DNA of 64,000 nt from Oopsacas minuta (Eukaryota > Animalia > Porifera): contig JAKMXF010000011.1 in the NCBI GenBank assembly GCA_024704765.1, positions 186,001 through 250,000 of the forward strand, read 5' to 3'. This document shows positions 1 through 11,449 of the stretch, one piece after another. Positions within the stretch are counted from its first letter, which is position 1; the number at the start of each line of letters is the position of its first letter. The notes beneath the pieces are model-generated. The model saw nothing but the letters and a program-made list of their open reading frames with translations. It was not told where the DNA came from and made no database searches. A program made the translations under genes and the position numbers.

Positions 1-625
1 TTTACTTATGGGTAATCACTATTTATAGTAGATTGACCAGATTCAGTATTTATATGGCTTCTATTATTCTTGTTATGATGACGTAAGCAAAATTCTAAAA
101 GTTGAATTCCTGAAATATCTGTGTTATTTCAGGTATTTAGACAAGAGTTTTACACTAAAATTATGTACCAAGGGGTAAAGTGTCTAGAATATCAATTTAA
201 CTTTCTTTTTGCTGTATATTATTACGACTATAGCAATTTTATGTATGAAACGAAAAAATTGAAATTTTGGAATTTTAGGGTGACTTGGACATTTTGCGTG
301 TTCTCAATACCTTACGGTTATTTATCCTGTAAATTTAAATAAAACTATTGTAGCCTTATTGCGACCCAAGTGTTTCGTCCTGGCATGGACTCCTCAGTTG
401 CGTCGCCTTTTCCGAAATACACTTCAGATGGATCAGAGTTACTTAACGTTTTCGCCACTGGGGATATGCCGTTGCGGGTCACGTTTCCATTATCTGGGCT
501 CGCCATGATTGGGATTGCGTTGCCTGAATAGCCTCGGACAGAGGTCCCCACAAGGTTTAATGTACCTTGCCTTTGAGCGCTTTCGAAAACTCTTTGTATG
601 GAAGTTGAAGATCGAAGGCAAGACG

Positions 626-2976
626 CTAATCAAATATTAAAGAATTAAATAGTATGTCTCGATCGATAGTCTGGTGAAGCAAATTTGTACATTTCAGCCT
701 GCAGGTGTGTCCGATTCTTCCACATTCCTTACCTCAAGGACATTGCGAAAACCTATCAGAACTGGATCGCTTTGGCTCAACAGACGGACAAATATATCTC
801 TGGAATTTGTTGTGAATCAAATTTTCCTCGCAAGATGTTCACGATATCTTCGGATTAATTTATTGCAAGCCTCCACTGCTTCTTCAGAGAAATTCTTTAA
901 TCCAAATCCTCCATTACAATCTCGAACTAGTTCAGTGGAGTGGGCAAGTAGACGATGGAGAGATGGAGTAACATTTGCCCAAGGAAAGTTAGAGAGTATC
1001 GATTCGTAGGTGTCCTTACAAAGAGAATTCAGTTTGTCTGTATCTACTGCATGATCACAGTTGAAGATACGCAATAGAACTGATAGATTACTATGCAAAG
1101 TATTAATTGGCTCTCTCATATCTTCTGAAATCAAAGTGGAAACCCAATAAATTAAGTTATTTTTATTGAGAAAACACTGTCTTGCCATATTTCCAGTTGA
1201 AGTTGTTCCTCCATCACTGGATGGTTGATCGATTCTCAGCCCTGTTTTCTCGCATAAGAACTCCCGGGTAAATTTCATTGACTCCTTTATCACTCTAGAA
1301 GTTGGCCACCATTTAAAAGTACCTGAACGAATGTGGTATATAAGAAGCATAAACCAACGAAAGACACAAGTATAGGTATGTAGTGGTGATGCTGGTATTA
1401 TATCAATCTCAGATATGGGTTCGTGTGTTAAACCACAACGATCTTTCGAAGGTAGTAATAAATAGTTTTTTGTGTCCACAATAGAGAATATTTCCTTTGC
1501 TGAAGTTATCGTCCTGTTGATAGGAAACCCTGATCGGACAAGTTCTAAATCTGTTAATTCTGCAAAACTTGCAGTACAAAGTTGGCAACTTGCACCACCT
1601 GCTCCACTCAGGATACCAAACATTTTCCCATCAAACATTGTACGGAGAATTTCAACTCTAACATTACCATATGGTAGCTCTAGTCCGTCCTTTTCAATGT
1701 TAGTCACCTCAGGATTGATCATAAGATCCATTAAGAATTTAGTATTCTTTTTGTTTTCCTTTTGAGCTACTAATGCCATTGGTCTGACACAGAATGGTGA
1801 ATTAGGAATTTGGTTTGACCAAAAGGTATTTCCATCAGAATCAATAATTGATAGCATCTTGAAGGCAAAGAGAATGAAATTTTTTGTATTAAATTGTGGG
1901 TTCCCATAGAACTGGTTGTAAATTTTATGACAACCGGAACCATCTAATCCATCTGCGATGGTAAGCTCTAACGGATATTTTGGACCATCGGGACATAAGT
2001 TAGATTCAAGCAATCGTAAAGTTGTCTGTTGTAAGATAGATTTGTATGAGACACCAATTCCTATTTTAACTTGATCATTGTTCCGAATTTCAATGATCTC
2101 AGATGATGCTATCATGGTGGCACGATAATCAGTTACTTTGTTGTATGGGGGGGAATATAATATTTTCTGGTTTACATAATTTCCTCATATTAGTGTACTT
2201 GCGTTTACCAATCTCAAGAATATCTAGCAAGAACACAGATTTGTCAATCGGCAATCGCTTGACGCTACAAGCAAATGTCCCATTGGAAAGAAGGTCTTTA
2301 CATGAATTAGCTGTTCGTTGGTCGTTAGCTTCATTAGAGATTAGTTGTAGAGCATAGGTAGCTATTATTTTAGCATGAACATTTTCATTTTCTGCAATAG
2401 TAGCGATTAAATCCAAAAGTGGTTTTAATCTACATCTGTGAGCCTTCAGTGCCAATTCAGGCAAAGGTTTTCTAGACTCCTTTGCAAGGTCAACTGCAAA
2501 AACCATTCGCTCTTCTCCAATAATACGTTTCTTTGTGGGACTGGAGGGTTGAGTAGAATAAAACAGGAGTGGTTGCCATGTAGATAGATCGTTACACTTA
2601 CTGAAAGCATCACGTTCAGACTTCAATTTGCTGAATCTTCTCCGAATTGAGGAGAATTCGCCATCTGAAAGATCATATATCTTGATGAAGGAATCGACTG
2701 CCGTTCTGATTGATGGTTGAGAAATAAGAAAATCAAATGCTTCCTGGTTATTCATTTAGAATTTAAATATTTGCTAGAAATTTAGTAAATAAAAGTAGTA
2801 TAGTATGAATTGTTGATATTCTGAAATTCTTAAAAATTAACGGGCCGCTCTATTAAAAATGCTTAGTGTTCATTTGCGGGAGGTTGCGGGAGGCTAGATT
2901 TAGTTCTAAATTACAGATAATATCATGACAAATCACCCTAAAACAAGATATTACCTGGCCACGACTGACCACAGTG
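626..2976 (-). mobile_element. Transib/RAG1-superfamily DNA transposon, near-intact copy T1 (3' terminus not found)
   Basis: ORFs 2129-2755 and 817-2115 plus a tail to the stop at 626-628 reconstruct to about 700 aa. Motifs: GLDGSG (D), MFDGK (D), CQLC, SPLH, GGTTSTGN, TPSLHRLLAH, SEEAVE (E), NKLIRRYREHLARK. The 5' terminus reads CACTGTGGTC on the minus strand and ends at 2976. Confidence 0.92.
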
Positions 2977-3405
2977 AGTTTGAGGGGTATTTAGACCAAG
3001 GTATAATGTGTCCGACACACTATGTGACGTCAAAATTAACTGAACTATGGAGAAAATATTCGAAGTGAAATACTTAGCTCTTATCATAATTGAGAAGATT
3101 ATATTCTGAACTAATAATAGGTGAAAACTTAGAGCTGTCATTCTAATGAGTATTTCTGGATAGAGAGAATTATATGCCTATGTGTAAACATAAAATAGAG
3201 ATGAATAATGAATTCAATTATAGCCATCCACTAAGCATGACATTTGATTACAAAGTAATTGGAATTTTACAAAGAAAATTATGATTCCCAGGTTTCAGAC
3301 TATGGTGAATTTGATGGTAACATTTTCGAAAGCTTATGGGATGATGAAAATTTCAATCTAAAGCCTATGGTAAAGCCACTGTGTCATGATGTACAAACGT
3401 GTGGC

Positions 3406-3826
3406 ATATTGAGGGGTACCAGTGATTCATATTTCAAACTTTCATCATGTATATTGGGTGAGTAGTGCCTAATAAAGTGATTTTCGAAATCCAAAAAGGT
3501 GACAATGGTGTCATAATTTGATCATAGGTGTAAATTTTCGTCCAAGATTGAACTAGACTAATAAAACGCAATTTATATATATATATATAGGTTTGTATGA
3601 CCAGAATTGATTGAAGGAACTGGAAGATCCCAGGCCTGATTTCACCAGAGGATTTTGGGCCTGGGTTGGATAATTTCGACTGTTGGGCCAAAATTCAAAC
3701 CTGTGACGAAAATATGACATCATTGTCACCTTTTAGATATCAAAATCACATTACTTACTGCAGTTCAGCCAATATACAATTATACATGATAGAAGTTTGA
3801 AATTTTGAATCACAGGTACCCCTAAT
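3406..3826. repeat. Non-coding element with ~115-120 bp imperfect inverted repeats (MITE-like)
   Basis: atattgaggggtaccagtgattc...ggtgacaatggtgtcata (3406-3520) is mirrored by tatgacatcattgtcacc...gaatcacaggtacccctaatat (3709-3826). An (AT)n tract lies inside. Confidence 0.7.
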
Positions 3827-6077
3827 ATTGATAAATGACCTTGCTTCATGATTCTGACCAAAAACTAACTCATCGTGGGACTATTACGTCATCATGACTA
3901 TACAAACACTTACAATTTTCCAAAATTCGATTCATAATTTCTTAATTCCCGAGGTACGAAGTGCCGAGATTACCAACCAAAAGCGATTTAATATCTCCAG
4001 TGTCACCACATAAGGCCATTCAATGTAATTTGGATGGACCTTGAACAATAAAATCTTCAAATTTTATAGGGGAGACTACTCAATCATTAAACCACCGTGG
4101 GAGATGGCAAATATGTAGTCAATGTAGATTAATTTGGCGCTTTTGATTTATGTAGAAATTATGTTATTGTGGGAACCAAAACAATAACATAAAACGGTTT
4201 CGGGTACATATGAAACCGTAGAAATGTGCAGAACGAAATATTCATAGACTTCATACTCCAAATAATAATCAAAGGAATTGACCTGGAAATTGGGAAAGAT
4301 AACAATAATAATAATAATTGAAATCTCAAAAATGTACTAACGACTACATAAGAATAGTGAATAGGAAATTCAATTTTAATTCGCGTATACTAACCGAAGA
4401 CAACTGGGAAAATGTGCCATTGTATAAGGTCAAATCTCTATTTGGATGCGGAATTAGCTAAAACGAAGTAGTAAACTATCGCGTCCATTATCGTTAAGAA
4501 CATAACATTCGCCAGTAAACGGTTATTCCAGAGTAATTGTGAATATTGACATGCCATGAAGCAATCATTTTGGGCCTTTAAGACCGCGTTCTACTGCAAT
4601 GCCACACTAAATTGATAGGCCCCGCCATGCTGGGATGTTCTTCCAAGTTAGAGAACTTGGCCATCTCAGTTTTGTAGAAAATTACTTCTCAAATGAAAAT
4701 AAAAATTGCTATTACTTATAGCTAATGTATTTCTGAAAATCCTGGTTGAATAAAATTTCGAAAAGTAGTGGATTGATATCCTCGCAATTAGAAATTTAGA
4801 ATCAAAATTAATAGTAATATTTGGATATTTGATGTAAAATGATAGTTGGGTGCAAAATTTGATTAATCAACATATTACTATTAGCCACAACTTAGTAAAA
4901 TGTGGCCAATAGTCACATATGTTGCCGGATTATGTTACTCACGAACAATCTTTGAGTTGTATAATTGGCGAATATTGTTGGCATATTTGCCATGAAATCA
5001 GCTAGATGAGAACGTCTAGACTTGTGTAATAGTTTGTTGAGAGCATTTGGGCAACAAATAGAATTAGCAATGTGATGATGGCTGACAAAACATGTCCCAA
5101 ATCAATTCCACCGTCTGTTTTATCATGCAAAAATTCTGATGGAATCCATTTTGAATTAGTTGTATGGCTAAGAATCGTCGTAGAGATGCTAGTTTCAATG
5201 ATATAAGTTAAGATTTCACCTAAATTTGTAAATAATGTACTCATTTCATGGTTAGCGACTAGGTTTAGAGTACCTTGAAGGGAGGTTATGTGTATATGCA
5301 TGAAACAGAGATTGAACAGGTCTATCGATGAAATCTTGACCTGAACGGCTGGTTAACCAATGACTATTTCAATATGCCTTAAGAATTAGAAACTCGAAAT
5401 AACTTAGATAAGGTTTATTACCCTTTCAATAGGACTATTTTCATTATTGACCTAAATTTTATAGTGTATTAATATGATTCATGTGGATAAATAATATTTA
5501 CTTTTGCTTATAGATTGATGGTAATCGGCATGGTGGAAAGATACAGTAGATGACCGGTTCCATATCTGTTGTGAATATATCAATGAAATGTGATTTTTAT
5601 CATTAAAGCATGAAACTTGCCAAACAAGTAGATCGATCTTTCTAATATTTACAAACATACAGGAATCACAAAAGCGTGTTCGAAATCTGAATAAGCCATT
5701 TTAATGTGCCACTTTGTTTTGTGACATATATCGAAAACTCTGAAAGTTTCATAACTTCTATTAGGTTACTCTAATTCAATTATGTCGATTTTCGTCATCA
5801 GTGCAAACATTCCAATCGTTTAATAGTAGTCAGTAAAATATATATGGGAACATCATTTCCCTAGTAACGCAGGAATTCGCAGGCAGGTAACAACCATTCA
5901 TTGACAAAAATTGAACTGACTCAAAGTAAGGATACTTTTGTAAATATAGATTTTCTAATAACTACACATTCTACAAGATTAAGAAATACATCTCTTGTAG
6001 ATAGAGATTATCCGATATCGAATAACTGGGAACTTTGTGTATTGTGTTAATTATGTAATAAATCTAACCCCAAATCT

Positions 6078-7093
6078 GGGACCTGATTAACTAAAATTCT
6101 AAGAATTATTCTTAACTTAATTCTAAGTGTATTTCTAAGAATAATGCTAAGAATTCATGAATTATTCTTAGTTTTCGTTGAGAATTCTTAACTTGGCTAT
6201 ACTTAACGGATTCTAAGAAATATTCTTAGAATTGGGTAATTCTACTTGATTGATTCTTGCTATTGATTAATCAAATTTATGCCAATTCATCCGACTTCAA
6301 TCGCTTTTTGAGAAGATATGCACATAGTAGAAAATACAATCCTTATACTTGTATACTTGATTTATCATGAATGAGATTCACGAGTGACATAATCTCCTCC
6401 TGAGTAAATTCTTGAAGGAGTTTCGATTTTTCAGTGGCCATAACGCGAGCGATTTGTAAGATATTATCACAATTAATTAATATTTTATTATTATTTATAC
6501 TTATCACTAAAGATGATAATATACGTAAATGGATAAAATTGCATAGATTATGTATATTTTTGCAGGAGGTTACTCAAATGACTTTGACATTATTCACCTT
6601 AGTTTAGATACAACACTATTATGTCTTAAAATATATGAGAAATAATTTAATCACATAAATACATTTTTTGATGTCATAATACAATTCAGAGTGACGTCAA
6701 GAAATAGTATCTAAATATAGTTGGTATGTAATTAGACTATAGTTCTATGCTGCGGGATTACAACACGGTGGATATGATAATCAAACATATTGTCTTAAGC
6801 GATAAACAATCTTCTTTGTAAATAAATGCGTATTGATTATAATTTCATAGAAAAGTAGAATAAATTATAAGTTAAGTGTCCTCTTTACCTCACTAAATAT
6901 TTTTCTTAGAATTATTCTAAGAATTGTGTCGTATTCTAAGAATTTAACTTAAGAATTAATCTAATACCACTAATATAAATTCTAAGAATAAGACTTAAGT
7001 GTTGAGAATTTCTAAGAATTATTCTAAGATTTGGACTTAAAGTTAAGCAAAATTCTAAGAATTTGACTTAAGAATTTTAGTTAATAAGGCCCC
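6078..7093. mobile_element. Non-autonomous TIR element with subterminal TTCT(A/T)AGAA arrays (possibly PIF/Harbinger-like)
   Basis: Termini GGGACCTGATTAACTAAAATTCT and AGAATTTTAGTTAATAAGGCCCC are imperfect inverted repeats. There is no ORF, and motif arrays sit at both ends. The superfamily assignment is tentative. Confidence 0.65.
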
Positions 7094-7899
7094 TCAGTCT
7101 AAAATATTCAAGATGCTGACAAAATACCAATAAATTCAATATGTGTAATATATTTCTTCAGTCTATGAAAAAATAGCAAACAAAATTAATCTTATCTCAA
7201 ATTAAAAAAAATAAGTTTAGATAAATTTTCGAAGAGTGGAATTGTGTCAATAATTGACTGTGGTGCATTAAGAACACACATGAACTATTTTGTTCTTTTA
7301 TATGACCTGGAGGATGAAAATAACCAATAAATTCCTATTGTGAAGATCATCTCTCCGAACATAATTAGATAATACATCAAGAAGGTAATATACGTATATG
7401 GCTTCCAAAGATTATCAAAGTATTTGTTTCGATATTTTCTTTTATCACTTTCAATTCAAATAGAAATATTTCGAACACAAAATTATCTATAGTACAAAAC
7501 TGAGGTGGTGAACAAAAATAGATGTGGTTATTCACCATAGTGCAAAAACCTTCCTAGAAACAATGGATGTTCTAAATTGTGTATGGATAATATTGTTTAT
7601 TGTAGGCCTGTGTATAATCAATTAGTCAACCAACACCTCAAATAGTGGGTAATCTCCTTCTAGACCAGAAATATGTCAGAATCCAGTCATTATCTGCTAG
7701 GGTGCCACACTTACGGAGGCTAAGGATCCCTTCCACTTGGTCCTGGATATTCTGGTGGGGCTTAGGCTTCTAGTCCTTTAATGTTTCTATGGTGTATCAT
7801 AGGGCTAGGTCCATTAAAGTTCAAAGAGTCAAGATCCGGTAGCTAGCACCCTCAGGGGAAATCAAAATCTATTGAGATAGCGAATATTAGAGTCAACGG

Positions 7900-8400
7900 A
7901 TGGCTATCACTTAATGCAGTGGTTCTTAACATTTAGACATATATCGTCATTGGAAATTAAGTTTAAAGCATATGTAGCGATTCTTTTTGGTAAAGTACTT
8001 TCTATTTACGAGATGTGGTAAAATGTTTCAGGAGTTCGTCAAGTCGAACTTGAATTCATTTAAGTGCTAGCTGACTTAATTTCTTCCTCTTTTCTTGAGT
8101 TTGATCTTCAACGAAAGGTATTTACAACTATCGACGGTATAAATTGATAATGCTGTTCCAAGTTTGAAAGGTGGTGAACTGAATTCTATTTGTTCCCAAG
8201 TCGACAAGTCATTCTTCTTAACAACGTTTCTTCGACTTTCATTCAATTTAGAGAATTTATATCCACAAGAATAAAATTCAGCTTCTGGGAACTGATTCAA
8301 CTCCAAGAATCGTCGAGTGGTTTCTATGAGATTTTACTGGATTGAGATAAATCAAATGTTTCATTACTGATCATGTTGATAGAGAATATAACAACTTTTT
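7900..8400 (-). pseudogene. Transib/RAG1-like N-terminal relic (T2)
   Basis: KFSKLNESRRNVVKKNDLSTWEQIEF, EKRKKLSQLALK*IQVRLDELLKHF and RIATYALNLISND align with the T1 N-terminal ORF. Confidence 0.8.
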
Positions 8401-8503
8401 TAATGAATTCCGATATTACTTAATGTATTCCTGTATTTTTAGAAACATTAGCAATTTAGCATCATCCAAAATAAATGCCAAAGCCACAGGATGAGAAACA
8501 ATA

Positions 8504-9818
8504 CAGTAGTGGCCTAATTAATACCATCGAGAGGTGCAATCAATTTAGTCACATATTTTAAACGCCGTATTGCCTTGTTTGTTCAATTAATATTCAATAT
8601 GAGCACTTTTGCTCTTAATGGCATCTAAAATGCATTTAGGCATAGACTTTACTAATTTGTGACAAATTTTCTGAATTTCTGGGTCGCTTTTCCACACCTC
8701 GGCAACAGATTTTATAACCTTCTCCTTGGTGGTACAATCAAGATTTTCTAAACGACTTTATAATGGCCCGGAGGTTTTCAATCAGGGTAATATTAGGGAG
8801 TTACTTGACCAATCCATAACTTTGATGTTGCTTGCTTCGTAATGCCTCTGTACCACCTTGGACGTGTGGCATAGGGCTAGATCCTGCTGAAGAACACAAT
8901 CTCCATTAGGAAAGTGTTCTTGAAGCTGAGTTTGATTCTGCTGTTGATAACATTCATGCCTTGGCGGAGTTCATCATACCTTCGCATATGTGCAATTGTC
9001 CCGTAGCCTGGACACTGAACAACCCCAAACATGACTTTTTCTGGGTGTTTGACTTGCTGGCTGATATGACCTGGACGAATGGAGGATTTGGAAGCCTTTC
9101 TTACGAACTTAACCTGCTGACCCTACACAAAAAAATGTGATTCATCTGTAAAGAGGACCTGCAACAACCTGTAGTAAGTTTATAAACATGAAACAACTAA
9201 CTTATCGCCAATTATCGAGCGCCCAAGTTCGGTGGTTCTTTGCCCATTTGAGCCGGCGTTGGTATATGACCTTGGTTAGTAGCTGTTTTTTCTTTGGAGT
9301 GCAAGTCTTGCATCCTCCATCGTAAAGTATGCGACCGACAGTCCGTGCGCTCACATCTAACCCCAAATTATGCTTAATCTGATTCGGGAGGGCCTTGGGA
9401 GTTTTCCTACTAGCTGTAAGGACCATTCGCCTTTCTTGCTCAGTGGTTTTTGCATTCCGTCCACAGCGTCCAGGACGTTGAGTTTTAAGATATCCAGTTT
9501 CTTTGACTTGTTTACATAATCTGACAACTGTGGAGTAACTGACACGACATTCCAGAGCGATTTCTCGAACCGTTTACTTGTGTACTGACGCAAAGCTAAT
9601 ACTTTCTGACTCACCAAGAGTGGAGTCTCCATAGTTAATTTTAGTCTAATTGTAAAAAATGATATTCATGGCTGAGACAGTATTGTAGATCTCTCTTTAC
9701 ATGTTTTTGTCATTATGCAATCAATAACTGGAGTCCTTGTGCAACTGAATATAGATACCTAGTTATAATGGTAAATAGAGTTAAACCTATCTTGGTGCAA
9801 TAAATTTGGCCACTACTA
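8504..9818 (-). mobile_element. Tc1-like element, DD34E, decayed
   Basis: TA-flanked TIRs CAGTAGTGGCC/GGCCACTACTA; 1315 bp. Motifs VSARTVGRIL, RRLKWAK, VLFTDESHF, QQDLALCH and IEN; I count 34 residues between the second D and the E. Confidence 0.9.
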
Positions 9819-10079
9819 TATATCAGACAATGTATGGTGGATTGTTCTCAAGTGATATGCTGTGTTTGGTTACTTTAATATACTAAAAGTACATTGAGAG
9901 CAATCCATGCACTCTAGAAAATATCAGTTCTATAGTATTGTCAATGATCTCTCGAAGGTAACTAGTGCCTGCGGACGCAACTCAACGCATTAGATTTGCG
10001 GGCAACGAAAATCAGAATTTGGACTATAAAAATTAGTAAATTGAAAATATGATATAGCTCAAAAGTGAACAAATTTATA

Positions 10080-10260
10080 TGCACATACTTAGTTTCAATG
10101 AATTTTACGCAAACAACAGATCTAAGAGAGATACTGCTGAGGGAACCGACCAATGTCGATATTGGTATATACTTAGGACATTCAAAAAATTCCCATCTTT
10201 GTTGAATATCTTGATACTACAGCATCTTACTAATCAAAATACTACATAAAATGTTCAAAA
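10080..10260 (-). pseudogene. Possible short Transib/RAG1-like relic (T3)
   Basis: SVPSAVSLLDLL resembles T1 PIDKSVFLLDIL. The match is short and degenerate. Confidence 0.35.
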
Positions 10261-10389
10261 TACTCCCCATCTACATCTATACATAGTTATAGCCTTTCAA
10301 CCCACTTCGAAAATGTGTTTTATACTCGTCTCTGTCCACAGAATTGAGGTGGTGGTAAATTCCGTTTCTTAGCTCTTGTTGGATATGAA

Positions 10390-11358
10390 TTATCCATCAT
10401 CTGGGATGTTTTCTAGCTCAGGAAATAGCCAGAAATGACAAGATGATAGATCTGGGGAATAGGGAGGATGTTCAATCGTTCCAAATCCGATATCCTCAAT
10501 GACTTCCCTGACGTATTTTGAAACATGAGGTCTGGCATTATCGTGGAAAGTTTGATTCCTCGAGTTCTTGTACGCGGTAGTTGTGTTTGATAGACTTTCC
10601 CAATTTCTCTCAGGAACATATCTGCATACCATTCTGATTGAGTCGTTCTCCTTAGGCACAGGTATTTGAGCCACTGGCCCATATGCATCTATAAACATGC
10701 TTTAGAAAACCTTATCGCCTCGGAGTCCGGACGTGCCTTTTCGGGGGATAAGAACCTTTTGGAAGCCACGATTGTGTTTGTTCCTCACGCAGAGGTTCAG
10801 AAATATTTATTCAGCTTTGGTCCCCAGTAGCGATTTCATATCACCTTCAAGAATCACAATCTCTATATTCTTTAAGCAAATTTCTCACAAGAAACCCTAT
10901 TCTCTTTTGCCTCTTTGTGAGGAGTTTGGTATCCATCGCGGTGAAATCTTTCGATATTCGAGATAATCATGTAGAATTGTATCAACACTTCCCAATAAGA
11001 TGTCGAGGATTAGGGCAATCTCCCCAACGCTCAAATGGGGGTCAATATCCAATAGTTCCAGAATTCGAGAGGTAATTTAAGGGGTTGTAGCAGAAATTGG
11101 TTTCTCGGTCCGAGGGTCATCTTCAATGCTGCCCCTACCAGCCTGTAATTTACATGCCCATTCCTTTACAGTGGGATACGCTAGAGCTTCCTTATGATAA
11201 ACGGTGACTAGATCCTCATGTATCTGGAATGGTTTTCCGCAGAGTATGGTACGAAATATCAACATCAAAACATTCCCATATTCCAATAGTTGGACCACTG
11301 TGCGGTTATAGTGGTTATTACAACAGATGGATGTTCGATGATGAAAAAGCTTGGACAA
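10390..11358 (-). pseudogene. Mariner transposase relic
   Basis: YPTVKEW..GRGSIEDDPR, RKISPRWIP and HDNARPH..HPPYSPDLSSCHFWLFP, with frameshifts. TIRs were not recovered. Confidence 0.85.
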
Positions 11359-11449
11359 TTAGTTCCTTCAGTTCAACAATTATGTTACGCCATTGTCTTA
11401 GGCCTTTAATATAAGATCGAATTTATTAGAAACTTCTAGCAGCTTGCAA

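Noticed and set aside
2970-2997. Plus-strand CACAGTG + 12 nt + ATTTAGACC, resembling a 12-RSS
   Set aside because: It points away from the transposase into flanking DNA and matches the nonamer at only 5/9. The heptamer is better explained as the element's terminus read on the minus strand.
5002-5301. 99-aa ORF as a nested host gene
   Set aside because: No recognisable family or convincing splice context; probably decayed TE sequence or a chance ORF.
6078-7093. CRISPR array or heat-shock element cluster
   Set aside because: There are no constant-length repeats with unique spacers and the context is eukaryotic. The TTC-GAA spacing is 3 nt, not the 2 nt of an HSE.
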